Origin: Candidatus Pollutiaquabacter sp.
GTDB lineage: Bacteria > Bacteroidota > Bacteroidia > AKYH767-A > 2013-40CM-41-45
DNA: 53,496 nucleotides
Assembly: GCA_903854075.1 (NCBI GenBank)
Contig: CAINVI010000254.1
Span: 1 to 53,496 of the forward strand
Direction: 5' to 3'
Positions 28,901 through 37,600 of this stretch are shown here, piece after piece. A program made the translations under genes and the position numbers. Positions within the stretch are counted from its first letter, which is position 1, and each line of letters begins with the position of its first letter. The notes under the pieces are model-generated. The model was not told where the DNA came from. It saw only the letters and a program-made list of their open reading frames with translations, and ran no database searches.

Positions 28901-29749
28901 GTTTCAGTTTGGGTGGATGCATCCGGTACGGCCGATCGCACCTTCAATCTATATTCCTCCAACGGAACTTTATTAGAGGCTCAAACAATTACGGTGCCAG
29001 ACGGCCAAAGTCGTGTGACGCTCAACTTTGATATTCCTGTCGCAGGCGATTACCAGATTGGCGTAACAGCCGGATCTAATTTGTACCGAAATAACAGTGG
29101 TGCCAGCTATCCGTATTCTGTTAATGGATTGGTGACCATCACGGCGTCTAATTCGACGTCCAATCCCGCCACCTTCTATTATTATGTATATGATTGGCAA
29201 GTTCAGGAACTGCCTTGCTTAAGTCAACCCGCCAATGTTGTGGTAGAAGTGATTCCCAATCCTACGGCAGCTTACACGTATTCAGCTACCGGATTGACAA
29301 CACAATTCACCAATACATCTTCCGGAAATGTGGTGTCCTATGTTTGGGATTTTGGTGATGGAAATACATCCACGCAAGCCAACCCTCAGCATACTTATGC
29401 TCAATCCGGAACCTACGTTGTTACACTAACGGTAACAACAAGCGATGGCTGTACAGCCGTGAGCACGCAGTCGCTTTCTATTACCGTAAGCGGAATCGTT
29501 TCGCCGAGTCGTAATGAACTGGTAGTATTCGGTACCCGAAACAACATTAGCATCACCCGTGGCGCTGATAATACAGCAGAACTGGCAGTAACCGTTTACG
29601 ATGTAATAGGGCAAGAGCTAGTTGCTCGCGCGGTTTATCGCACCGAAGAAATTTCAATTTCATTACCGACAGTAGTTGCCGGAACCGTTATTGTACGAAT
29701 GGAACAAGGCGGACAGGTGCAGCACAAGCAAGTTTTCCTGTACGAGTAA
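25976..29749 (+). CDS. M36 (fungalysin-like) zinc metalloprotease with propeptide, PA-domain insert, PKD domains, an Ig-like repeat, an uncharacterised ~130-aa module and a divergent T9SS-like C-terminal domain
   Basis: Signal peptide MKNILTIALVALTLFRLNAQ. The active site HEFGHGVSNRLTGGPNNSNC...GEGWSDYLA matches the fungalysin signature HExxHGxSNRLTGGP...GEGWSD. The PA-like insert reads GKIAVIDRGTCTFISKV. Two PKD units carry the pattern FGDG..S....P.H.Y...G.Y.V.L. Confidence 0.85.
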   Translation: MKNILTIALVALTLFRLNAQQAVTANYQKTYGRLTPAQSALVNDNKAIIQNYLDLQRETLRLTTADVNNWSVSDIYSDKKTGTTYIYLQQQSNGIRVFNAVSSMAVKNGQVVSFFSRFIPGLAGKVNSAAPAYGADEAIRKAAALLDLPVNKFPELQLEVKELNKFIYTSGDISTEPVQITLLYQPLKQSVRLVWNVNIAPVNSDHWWNLRLDAANGTMIDKNDWTVHCDFGSAQSSMSIPSAVNVQSPAAATSSLLPVYNVYALPVEAPSFGLRSLVVNPADPTASPYGWHDTDGQTGDEYTITRGNNVHAYDDIADTDAPGTSADGGATLNFDFPVSFSQAPSTYLDASLTNLFYVNNWIHDVLYQYGLDEAGGNFQENNYGNGGAGNDYVLAECQDGGGTNNANFATPDDGSNGRMQMYLWSGASTSSLQINSPAGIAGSYLAIEAGFGPAIATPITADLVLVDDGTAPTSDACEPIQNGASLAGKIAVIDRGTCTFISKVNAAEALGAIAVIVCNNQAGSPISMGGTGTASVPSVMVSQADGNTIKAALTAGGTVNGTLNPASTIVQDLDGSFDNGIVIHEFGHGVSNRLTGGPNNSNCLFNGEQAGEGWSDYLALLFTIENGDQGTDGRGIGTYAINESVSGGGIRRYQYSTDMTINPLTYADLALSAQVHDVGEVWCVTLWDLTWSLIDQFGYDPNWISGTGGNNIALSLVMEGMKLQPCGPGFIDGRDAILLADDNLFGGAHRCLIWESFARRGMGANALQGDANTAGDETADFTLPSFCLNPTVAPTANFTSDVTTTCFGTVQFEDLSTGIAQAWNWNFGDGVTSALPNPSHTYSAPGTYTVTLIASNSLGADTLVQNAYITVTTPAAPQVNGVLTVCNGQTTTLTAQLTPGDNAEWRDASGTVVGGTSATFTTPALTNTTTFTVRQYTPTPLQNVGPVNGSFGGGGYHNTTFEGKELFTTFTPLRLVSVWVDASGTADRTFNLYSSNGTLLEAQTITVPDGQSRVTLNFDIPVAGDYQIGVTAGSNLYRNNSGASYPYSVNGLVTITASNSTSNPATFYYYVYDWQVQELPCLSQPANVVVEVIPNPTAAYTYSATGLTTQFTNTSSGNVVSYVWDFGDGNTSTQANPQHTYAQSGTYVVTLTVTTSDGCTAVSTQSLSITVSGIVSPSRNELVVFGTRNNISITRGADNTAELAVTVYDVIGQELVARAVYRTEEISISLPTVVAGTVIVRMEQGGQVQHKQVFLYE

Positions 29750-29772
29750 TTTCAATTTTCAGTGAACACGAA

Positions 29773-29810
29773 GGCGGGCTGTACTCTTAGGAGCACAGTC
29801 CGCCGTTTTG
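29773..29810 (+). terminator. rho-independent terminator after the M36 protease gene
   Basis: ggcgggctgt / acagtccgcc forms a 10-bp stem (one G-U) with a 12-nt loop, followed by GTTTTG. Confidence 0.55.
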
Positions 29811-29878
29811 TTGATAGTCATTTTGAAAAAAAACAAGCACCTTAATCGTTGATAGAATTTCTCTTGCCATTTTGCAGT

Positions 29879-30448
29879 ATGGATCAACTCAACATCAGGG
29901 ACATTCTAACTGTGTCCACCATTTTGTTTGCGGTTATTGATATCGTCGGTTCCATTCCGGTGTTATTACAGGTCAAGCAGCGTGTAGGTCATATAAAAAC
30001 CGGACAGGCTACAGTGGTCTCCCTGTTAATCATGATTGGTTTTCTCTTTTTGGGAGAATCCATCCTTAAATTTCTAGGGGTCGATGTCGGATCGTTTGCC
30101 ATCGCAGGTTCTCTTGTCATTTTCTTTTTGGCGTTGGAAATGATCTTAGGCATTCGATTATATCGAGATGAAATACCGGAAACAGCATCTATCATTCCGG
30201 TTGCATTTCCGTTGATCGCAGGTACCGGGACAATGACCACCTTGTTGTCGTTGCGGGCGGCTTACGATGCTCCAACTATAATTATTGGGATTACCTTGAA
30301 TCTTTTAGTCGTTTATGTCGTGCTTCGGAATTTACACCGCTTGGAAAAATGGCTCGGACCTGCAGGAATCAGTGTATTGAGAAAAGTATTTGGGATAATT
30401 CTGCTTGCCATCGCTGTTAAATTGTTCCGTACAAACCTAGGGGTGTAA
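29879..30448 (+). CDS. MarC family integral membrane protein
   Basis: About 190 aa with six hydrophobic segments. FAVIDIVGSIPV near the N-terminus is typical of the MarC/UPF0056 family. Start at ATG 29879. Confidence 0.8.
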   Translation: MDQLNIRDILTVSTILFAVIDIVGSIPVLLQVKQRVGHIKTGQATVVSLLIMIGFLFLGESILKFLGVDVGSFAIAGSLVIFFLALEMILGIRLYRDEIPETASIIPVAFPLIAGTGTMTTLLSLRAAYDAPTIIIGITLNLLVVYVVLRNLHRLEKWLGPAGISVLRKVFGIILLAIAVKLFRTNLGV

Positions 30449-30519
30449 CCCTAATAAATGTCAGGTAATTTATTGTTAATCAATCAAATAGATCTGCTTT
30501 ATAATCAAGACAGTATACA

Positions 30520-30550
30520 TTGATTATTAACAATTATTGTCCTAATTTTG
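30520..30550 (+). promoter_or_regulatory. candidate Bacteroidota sigma-A promoter (TTG-N20-TAATTTTG) for the CUB-domain cargo gene
   Basis: TTG at 30520-30522 and TAATTTTG at 30543-30550, 33 nt upstream of ATG 30584. Confidence 0.35.
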
Positions 30551-30583
30551 AAACATCACAATTCTTAGCAATTACACACAGTT

Positions 30584-33500
30584 ATGAAAAGACTATTACT
30601 CAACGTGTTGGTTTTATTTTCGTTGATGCTGTTCGGGGTTACTTCGGCGCAGGCACAAGGAACGTATACAATTTGTTCTATTCCCGGCGAATTTACTTCG
30701 GATTCAACAGGAACTTTGTACGATACCGGTGGTCCGAACGGACAATACCAGGTGAATGAAAACTGTACACTTCTTATCCAGCCTTCCTGCGCAGTATCCA
30801 TTACGTTGTCGTTTTCTCTTTTCGATACGGAAGCCAACTTCGATTTTTTCCGTGTCTATGATGGAGCAACTGTAGCTGCTCCGCAATTGCTGAATGCAAA
30901 TGGTACAACACTTCCCGGTCCGGTAACCTGTACCTCCGGTTCTATGTTGATTGTTTGGCGTTCGGACGTTTCCATCGTAGGTGATGGATTCGCTTGTTCT
31001 TGGACCTCTGTTATTGCATCAGCCGTTGCTCCGAATGCAGCTTGCATCGTCAACGATTTCACGCCTCCACTGAATACCAACGTTCAATTTACCGATCAGA
31101 GTGTAGGTAATCCTACCGGTTGGTTGTGGGATTTCGGTGATGGCGATACCTCTCGCCGTCAAAATCCGCTACACGCGTATTCTGCGCCGGGAACCTACAA
31201 TGTCATGTTCGTTGCGTTTTCTTGTACCGAGTCTGATACTGCTTATCTCACGGTTAACGTTCAGCAGGCGCCGCAAATTGATGTGCAACCTGTAGGTTTC
31301 AATGTCATTGCGCAGTGCGGCGACTCTGTATCTTATTACATGGATGTCACCAATATCGCCGGTGGAGAACTTTTCTGGACCAGCGACGTGGATGTGAATA
31401 CCGGCCTTCCTGTACGCATCCTCTCGTTGAAAAACAGTGGTTGTGACCAGTTCAGCGAGTACCCGAATACGATTCAAGCAATTGATACCTTCTTCACGAA
31501 CTATACGCTGACGGAAACCAATAGCCTCAATCCTAACCTGATTGCTTCCTTGCTCTTTGGTATCAACGTTCTATTGGTCCCTGAACAGGAAAATACGAAC
31601 AACCTTTTGGATACATTCTGGGTGCAAATGGCTCCAATCATTCAGAACTTCCTTAATAACGGTGGTTCGGTAATTTGGATTGGTTCACAGAGCTCCAACT
31701 CCGATGCAATGTTTAACGCCGGTGTATTTACCGGTACGTATAACAGTGATGCAGTCTTCAACAACCTTACTGTTGTAGATGCTTCCCATCCGTTGGCAGC
31801 TGGTTTGCCTGGAAATTTCGATGCTCCTGCAGCTACCTACACCATGAGTTTGACCAACGTAGACAAAAACGTAATCATTGAAGATCAAGGTGCAGATGTA
31901 GTCACCTGGTTGCCGTACGGTTCCGGTAAGGCCATCTTTATTGCCTTCGACTACTACAATGCTAATCTTGAAGCGCAGCGCGTGATTGCCAACGCGGTAC
32001 AGTGGGGTGGCCTGAATGGTTTACCAACCTGGATTGCCCTAGATCAAACATACGATACGCTTACCGCCGGTAATTCTACCAATGTTCTGGTTACTTTCCA
32101 GACTACCGGTCTCCCAGCAGGAACTTATATTGCTTCCATTCCGGTAGCGAATAACGATCCTACTAATCCTGTGGTGCTTGTTCCATGTACGCTTACGATT
32201 GCCGGTGATCCTATTGTCGGATTGTCTGACAGCTGTGTTGATTTTGGAAGTGCTATGCAGTATCGCCCTGAAACAAGAAATTTTGATGTCATCAACAATG
32301 GTTGCGATACGCTCTTCGTTACCTCAATAACATCCAACGCTCCTGAATTCACGGTGAGTGCACCATTCTCTTATTTGATTCCGGGTGCAAGCGGCATTGT
32401 TACGGTTAATTTCGTTAGCAATACCGTCGGAACTTTCACCGGAACGATTTCCGTTGACAATAACGACGTGGATACTTCCGTATGTCTGAGTGCAGAAACC
32501 TATCCAGCTCCAGATGTTAATCCTTCTACTGCAGGAGTTTCTGCAACGGCAGCTGCCTGCGGTACTACTGCAACACAGACTTTTGATGTTGAGAACCTCG
32601 GTGGAAGTGATCTTTACTATTCTTTATCTGGTCTTCCTGCCTGGTTGACCTACACCACCACCGGAGATACGGTTACTGCAGGTGCTACACAGACTGTTAC
32701 CCTGAACTTTAGCAGCGGTACATTACCGGGCGGTACCTATACAGCTACCATCAACGTCGTCTCAAACGATCCGCGTACTCCTTCTGTAGCTGTGACGGTT
32801 TCATTTGTGGTCGGACAAAATCCTTGTATGGATTTCACTTATACCACCAACACGTGTACGGGGCAGGCTAACTTCACATCGATAGCGATTAATACGCCGA
32901 CCAGCTACTCGTGGGATTTCGGTGATGGAAGCACCCCTGCAACTACTGCTAACCCGGTACACTACTACAGTGCTAACGGAACGTATACCGTTGAATTGAT
33001 TGCCTGCAATGCCGCAGGTTGTGACACCGTAACGCAATCATTGAATGCCATCATCACGGGTCCTCAGCCAACCAATTGCTACCCGGTAACAGCTGCTTAT
33101 TGTTGCGGTATTGGTTTGACCAACGTGACGATGGGTAACATCAACAATAACTCGAATGATGCTATCGACGGCTATCAGGATTACACCTGTACGGATACCA
33201 CTACTCTTGAAATTGGTCAAACATACCAGTTGTCTGCACAAACCGGTTTCACCTATCCGGAGAGCGTACTTGCGTGGATCGACTGGAACGGTGATAATAC
33301 ATTGAATACTTCTACGGAGCAGATTTTTTCGGATAACGGTCAGTTGACGTTCCACCTTGGAAGCTTCTCTGTTCCTGCCACTGCGGTAGTTGGTCAGCCT
33401 CTCCGCTTCCGCATCGCATCCGACTATTCAGCGAATCCAACACCTGCACCATGTCTGGATCTTCAGTTTGGTCAGGTGGAAGACTACTCCGTATTGGTTC

Positions 33501-33784
33501 GTCTCCCGGTCGGTTTGAACGAAGTAGCCTTGAATATTCCATTTGCTGTATTCCCGAATCCATTCGAAGGAACTGCGCGCATCGAGTATCAACTGAATGC
33601 CAACTCCAATGTTACGCTCGAAGTTTACAATGTCGTAGGCGAAAAAGTACAGTCGTTTGTAACGGGAGAGCAACAGTCTGCCGGTAAGCATTCCTTCAAC
33701 TTCGAAGGAGCGGTATCGGGAATTTATACCGTTCGCCTCACCGTGGATGGTCAGTCTATCGTTCAGAAGATTGTAAAATTCTAA
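30584..33784 (+). CDS. T9SS-sorted multidomain protein: CUB-like domain, PKD domains, uncharacterised central module, choice-of-anchor-D-like Ig domains, GEVED domain, Por C-terminal domain
   Basis: Signal peptide, then a CUB-like region (CTLLIQPSCAVSITLSFSLFDTEANFDFFRVYDG...GSMLIVWRSDVSIVGDGFACSW). PKD units carry WDFGDG..S....P.H.Y. The GEVED-like block is LQFGQVEDYSV. The C-terminus is FPNPFEGTARIEY...GIYTVRLTVDGQSIVQKIVKF. Confidence 0.8.
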   Translation: MKRLLLNVLVLFSLMLFGVTSAQAQGTYTICSIPGEFTSDSTGTLYDTGGPNGQYQVNENCTLLIQPSCAVSITLSFSLFDTEANFDFFRVYDGATVAAPQLLNANGTTLPGPVTCTSGSMLIVWRSDVSIVGDGFACSWTSVIASAVAPNAACIVNDFTPPLNTNVQFTDQSVGNPTGWLWDFGDGDTSRRQNPLHAYSAPGTYNVMFVAFSCTESDTAYLTVNVQQAPQIDVQPVGFNVIAQCGDSVSYYMDVTNIAGGELFWTSDVDVNTGLPVRILSLKNSGCDQFSEYPNTIQAIDTFFTNYTLTETNSLNPNLIASLLFGINVLLVPEQENTNNLLDTFWVQMAPIIQNFLNNGGSVIWIGSQSSNSDAMFNAGVFTGTYNSDAVFNNLTVVDASHPLAAGLPGNFDAPAATYTMSLTNVDKNVIIEDQGADVVTWLPYGSGKAIFIAFDYYNANLEAQRVIANAVQWGGLNGLPTWIALDQTYDTLTAGNSTNVLVTFQTTGLPAGTYIASIPVANNDPTNPVVLVPCTLTIAGDPIVGLSDSCVDFGSAMQYRPETRNFDVINNGCDTLFVTSITSNAPEFTVSAPFSYLIPGASGIVTVNFVSNTVGTFTGTISVDNNDVDTSVCLSAETYPAPDVNPSTAGVSATAAACGTTATQTFDVENLGGSDLYYSLSGLPAWLTYTTTGDTVTAGATQTVTLNFSSGTLPGGTYTATINVVSNDPRTPSVAVTVSFVVGQNPCMDFTYTTNTCTGQANFTSIAINTPTSYSWDFGDGSTPATTANPVHYYSANGTYTVELIACNAAGCDTVTQSLNAIITGPQPTNCYPVTAAYCCGIGLTNVTMGNINNNSNDAIDGYQDYTCTDTTTLEIGQTYQLSAQTGFTYPESVLAWIDWNGDNTLNTSTEQIFSDNGQLTFHLGSFSVPATAVVGQPLRFRIASDYSANPTPAPCLDLQFGQVEDYSVLVRLPVGLNEVALNIPFAVFPNPFEGTARIEYQLNANSNVTLEVYNVVGEKVQSFVTGEQQSAGKHSFNFEGAVSGIYTVRLTVDGQSIVQKIVKF

Positions 33785-33800
33785 GTAATAAACTTCTAAT

Positions 33801-33841
33801 AAACGAGGGAGCTTCGGAAACGTTGCTCCCTCGTTTATTTT
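33801..33841 (+). terminator. rho-independent terminator after the CUB-domain gene
   Basis: aaacgagggagc / gctccctcgttt forms a 12-bp perfect stem with a 12-nt loop, followed by a T-rich tail. Confidence 0.7.
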
Positions 33842-33885
33842 AACCACTTTTGTATGGAAGTTGCTACCGAAAGCCTGAAACGATC

Positions 33886-34203
33886 ATGAGATTTGAAAAA
33901 CACATATTCATTTGTACGAATCAACGTGCCGCAGATGCGCGCCCGTGCTGTGGCGAAACTTGTGGCCTTGAGCTCGTGAAGGAGTTCAAGAAAGAAATTA
34001 AAGAGGCCGGTTTGGCCGCTAAAATTAGAGCGCAGCGTTCCGGTTGTCTGGATGCCTGTGAATACGGCCCATCTTTGGTGGTATATCCAGAAGGTGTTTT
34101 TTACGGTGGAGTAAAACAGGAAGATGTATCCGAAATCGTAAAGGAACATCTTATTAATGGACGCGTGGTCGACCGCCTTGTCATCGACTTTTCGAAAAAA
34201 TAA
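33886..34203 (+). CDS. thioredoxin-like [2Fe-2S] ferredoxin
   Basis: HIFICTNQR...PCCGETCG...SGCLDACEYGPSLVVYPEGVFYGGV gives four-Cys ligand spacing and blocks typical of this family. Start at ATG 33886. Confidence 0.8.
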   Translation: MRFEKHIFICTNQRAADARPCCGETCGLELVKEFKKEIKEAGLAAKIRAQRSGCLDACEYGPSLVVYPEGVFYGGVKQEDVSEIVKEHLINGRVVDRLVIDFSKK

Positions 34204-34206
34204 CAA

Positions 34207-34560
34207 ATGGATCTTTCGGTAGAAAAATACCGCGATGATTTTGAAATCGTTCGCCTCACGGCAGAACAGCTAATAAAAGATTTTCAGATTTTCGGAATCA
34301 CCATTCATTTTTCCGGCGACCCGCTTCGCGCTTACCAGGAATTACTGGAGCAGATTACTCCGGTATTCAGAGAATTGTATAAAAACCAGCCAGCTACTTT
34401 TCAGGGATTGCTGTATCGCATTGATATCAATGAAAAGAGATACCGGCAACTTTCAACGGAAGATAACTTCATAAGCCGCTTGGCGGAAGAGGTCATTCAA
34501 CGTGAATTTCAAAAAGTTCTGTTACGAAAATATTTCAGCAAAGGCGATAAAAACGGTTAA
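34207..34560 (+). CDS. hypothetical protein (117 aa, no recognised motif)
   Basis: The ORF starts 3 nt after the ferredoxin stop and its codon usage resembles its neighbours. I can assign no family. Confidence 0.55.
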   Translation: MDLSVEKYRDDFEIVRLTAEQLIKDFQIFGITIHFSGDPLRAYQELLEQITPVFRELYKNQPATFQGLLYRIDINEKRYRQLSTEDNFISRLAEEVIQREFQKVLLRKYFSKGDKNG

Positions 34561-34670
34561 AAGTAGCTTTTTTCTAGGGTGGAAATATTTTTAGTAAAAG
34601 TTAAACAAAAGTATTTTGCTGTTGTTTATGAGGGGTATAACTAATAAAGCCCATTTTAAACAAAACTCCC

Positions 34671-37600
34671 ATGAAAAAAAATTTACTTCGCCTGGCAGCG
34701 GCCACCCTTTTGGGGGTTGTCGCCAATGCATCGACGAGTAATGCACAGAATGCAGAACTGCAGATCATTCACAATTGTGCTGACCCTGCTGCTGAATTCG
34801 TTGACGTTTATCTGGACACTGTGCGTGTTCTTGACGATTTTATGTTCCGCGAAGCAACTCCTTATCTGCCGATCCCTCCGGGAACTTACACGGTAGGCGT
34901 TGCTCCATCCACCAGTACGTCTGTAGCTGATACGCTTAAATCTTTTACCGTGGTATTGGATTCCAATGAGCGTTACGTTGCTGTAGCAAGCGGTGTAGTA
35001 AACCCTGCCTCTTTTTCGGTAAATCCGGATGGTGAAGACATCAACTTTACCTTAAATCTGCGTAGCGGTATGCGTAATGCATCCGTCAATGGTACAGATG
35101 TTGATTTCATTGTGCTTCACGGTTCTACGGATGCTCCGGCAGTTGATGTAGTTCCTATGGGATCTCCTAATGTGCTTGTTGACAACGCAGCGTATTTCGA
35201 TTTCTCCAACTACATTACAGTAGCTCCTACCGGTTATAAACTTAACATCACGCCTGCCAATGATAACTCCGTTATAGTTGCTTCATACGATGTAGATCTT
35301 ACCGGTTTGAGTGGCGGCGCCGCAACCGTATTCGCTAGTGGCTTCCTTGATCCTACGGCTAATCAAAACGGTCCTGCTTTCGGACTTTTTGCTGCATTGC
35401 CAAATGGTACCGTGGTGCAGTTTGCTGAAAACAGTACCTCTCGTCTGCAGGTTATCCACAACTCCGCAGATCCTGCAGCAGCTGTTGTTGACATCTACGT
35501 CGACACTACACTTTTCTTGAATGATTTTGCGTTCCGCACCGCATCTCCTTTTGTAGATGTTCCATCTGGTGTTACCCTTAACATTGGCATCGCTCCTGCT
35601 TCAAGCACCTCTTCGGCACAGGCAATCGCTACGATTCCTGTTACCCTAGCTAGCGGTCAAACTTATGTGGCAATTGCTAACGGTGTTTTGGATGCGACGC
35701 AATTCGCAGCCAACCCTAGCGGTTTAATAACTGACTTCTCCCTGTTCATTCAGTCGGGCATTACAGAGTCAAGCTCTAATTCCGGCGATGTTCGATTCCT
35801 TGCTTTCCATGGTGCAACAGATGCTCCTGAAGTAGATGTGGTAACCGGCGGATCGCCAGTCGTAGATAATCTACTGTATGGAAATTACAGTGGTGCCTTA
35901 GAAGTTCCTGCCGCTTCTTATGTGCTGAATGTTACTCCTTCCAACGACAACTCAACGATCGTTGCTTCTTACCTTGCTGATCTTTCTTCACTCGGTGGTG
36001 GCGCTGCTGTGGTCTTCGCTTCCGGATTCCTCGATCCAACGAGTAACCAGAACGGCGAAGCCTTCGGATTGTTTGCTGCATTGACCAACGGAACTGTTGT
36101 TGCTTTCCCGGCTAATAATACGGCTCGCCTCCAGGTTATTCACAATGCTGCCGACCCAGGAGCTACAACCGTCGACATCTACGCAGATACCACGCTTTTG
36201 TTGGATGATTTTTCATTCCGTACCGCAACACCGTTCATCAATGTTCCTGCTGGCGTGTCTATCAACCTCGGTATTGCTCCTCCGAACAGCACATCTTCGT
36301 CACAAGCTCTTGCAACGATTCCGGTATCATTCACCGCCGGACAAACCTATGTAGCAGTAGCAAACGGGGTGTTAAATCCGGCTGGTTTTGCTGCCAACCC
36401 TGATGCAGTTTCTACGGCGTTCCAATTGCTGATACAAAGTGGGGTGAGCGAATCCAGCGGAAATGCTGGTGCAGTTCGTTTCTTCGCGTTGCACGGTGCT
36501 ACCGATGCTCCAACGGTCGATGTGATACCAATGAGTTCTGCAACTCCATTGATTGATGATTTAACCTATGCCCAATTCAGTGCAACATTGGACGTACCTC
36601 CAGCATCGTATATCCTGAATGTTACTCCCGGCGCTAATAACACAGCGGTGGTAGCTTCCTATGTGGCTGATTTATCATCACTCGGCGGCGGTTCAGCAGT
36701 AGTGTTTGCTTCCGGTTTCCTTGATCCGTCCACGAATCAGAATGGACAAGCATTTGGATTGTTTGCAGCACTTGCCGATGGTTCTGTGTTGCAACTTCCG
36801 CTAAATACTTCAGCCCGTATTCAGGTTATTCACAATGCTGCCGATCCTGCTGCTTCTTCAGTAGATGTTTATGCAGGAAGCACACAACTTATCGATGATT
36901 TCGATTTCCGTGAGGCAACTGCCTTTATCGATGTGCCTGCCGGTGTAGCTATTCCAATCGGAATTGCTCCTGCTTCTTCAGCTTCTGCCGCGGATACGAT
37001 TCCTGGTATCGGAACTACGTTCACCCTCACTGCCGGTCAAACGTATGCGGTGATTGCAAACGGTGTAACAGCTCCTGGTTCCTTTGCTGTTAATCCTGAT
37101 GGCCGATCGACCGCCTTTACCTTCTTTGTAAAAGAAGGCGTTCGCACCTCCGCAGCAGTTTCTTCTGAGGTAGACTTTGTAGTGCTGCACGGGGCTACCG
37201 ATGCTCCTACTGTTGATGTCATTGCCAACGGTGCACTTACTATCGTAAATGATGCTGCTTACGGTGATATCACAAACTATATCAATGTACCGGCAGCTTC
37301 ATACGCACTGGGCATTACGCCTGCTGCAGGTGCTCCGGTATTGTTGACTTATACCGCCGATCTGACCACCTTAGCCGGTGGCGCTGCTGTAGTATTTGCT
37401 TCCGGCTTCCTGGATCCTGCTACCAACCAAAACGGTCCGGGCTTTGGACTTTATGCAGCGTTACCAAATGGAACAGTAATTCCGTTTACTAACACTACTT
37501 CTGTATCGGAGTCTATCGAGATTGTTTCCGGACTTTATCCTAATCCTTCCAGCCAGTTTGTTAACATCGCTTTCACAAAGCGTGAAGCTTCAACAGCCCT

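Noticed and set aside
33428-34206. 139-aa and 123-aa minus-strand ORFs overlapping the CUB-gene 3' end, its terminator and the ferredoxin gene.
   Set aside because: The plus-strand readings give a T9SS sorting domain and a four-Cys ferredoxin. The minus-strand ORFs would run through a strong terminator hairpin.
34674-34681. A8 homopolymer immediately after the start codon of the DUF4397 cargo gene, a possible slipped-strand phase-variation tract.
   Set aside because: It simply encodes Lys-Lys-Asn of a standard signal-peptide n-region (MKKN). Similar MKK starts occur in other genes here, and eight bases is short for efficient slippage.
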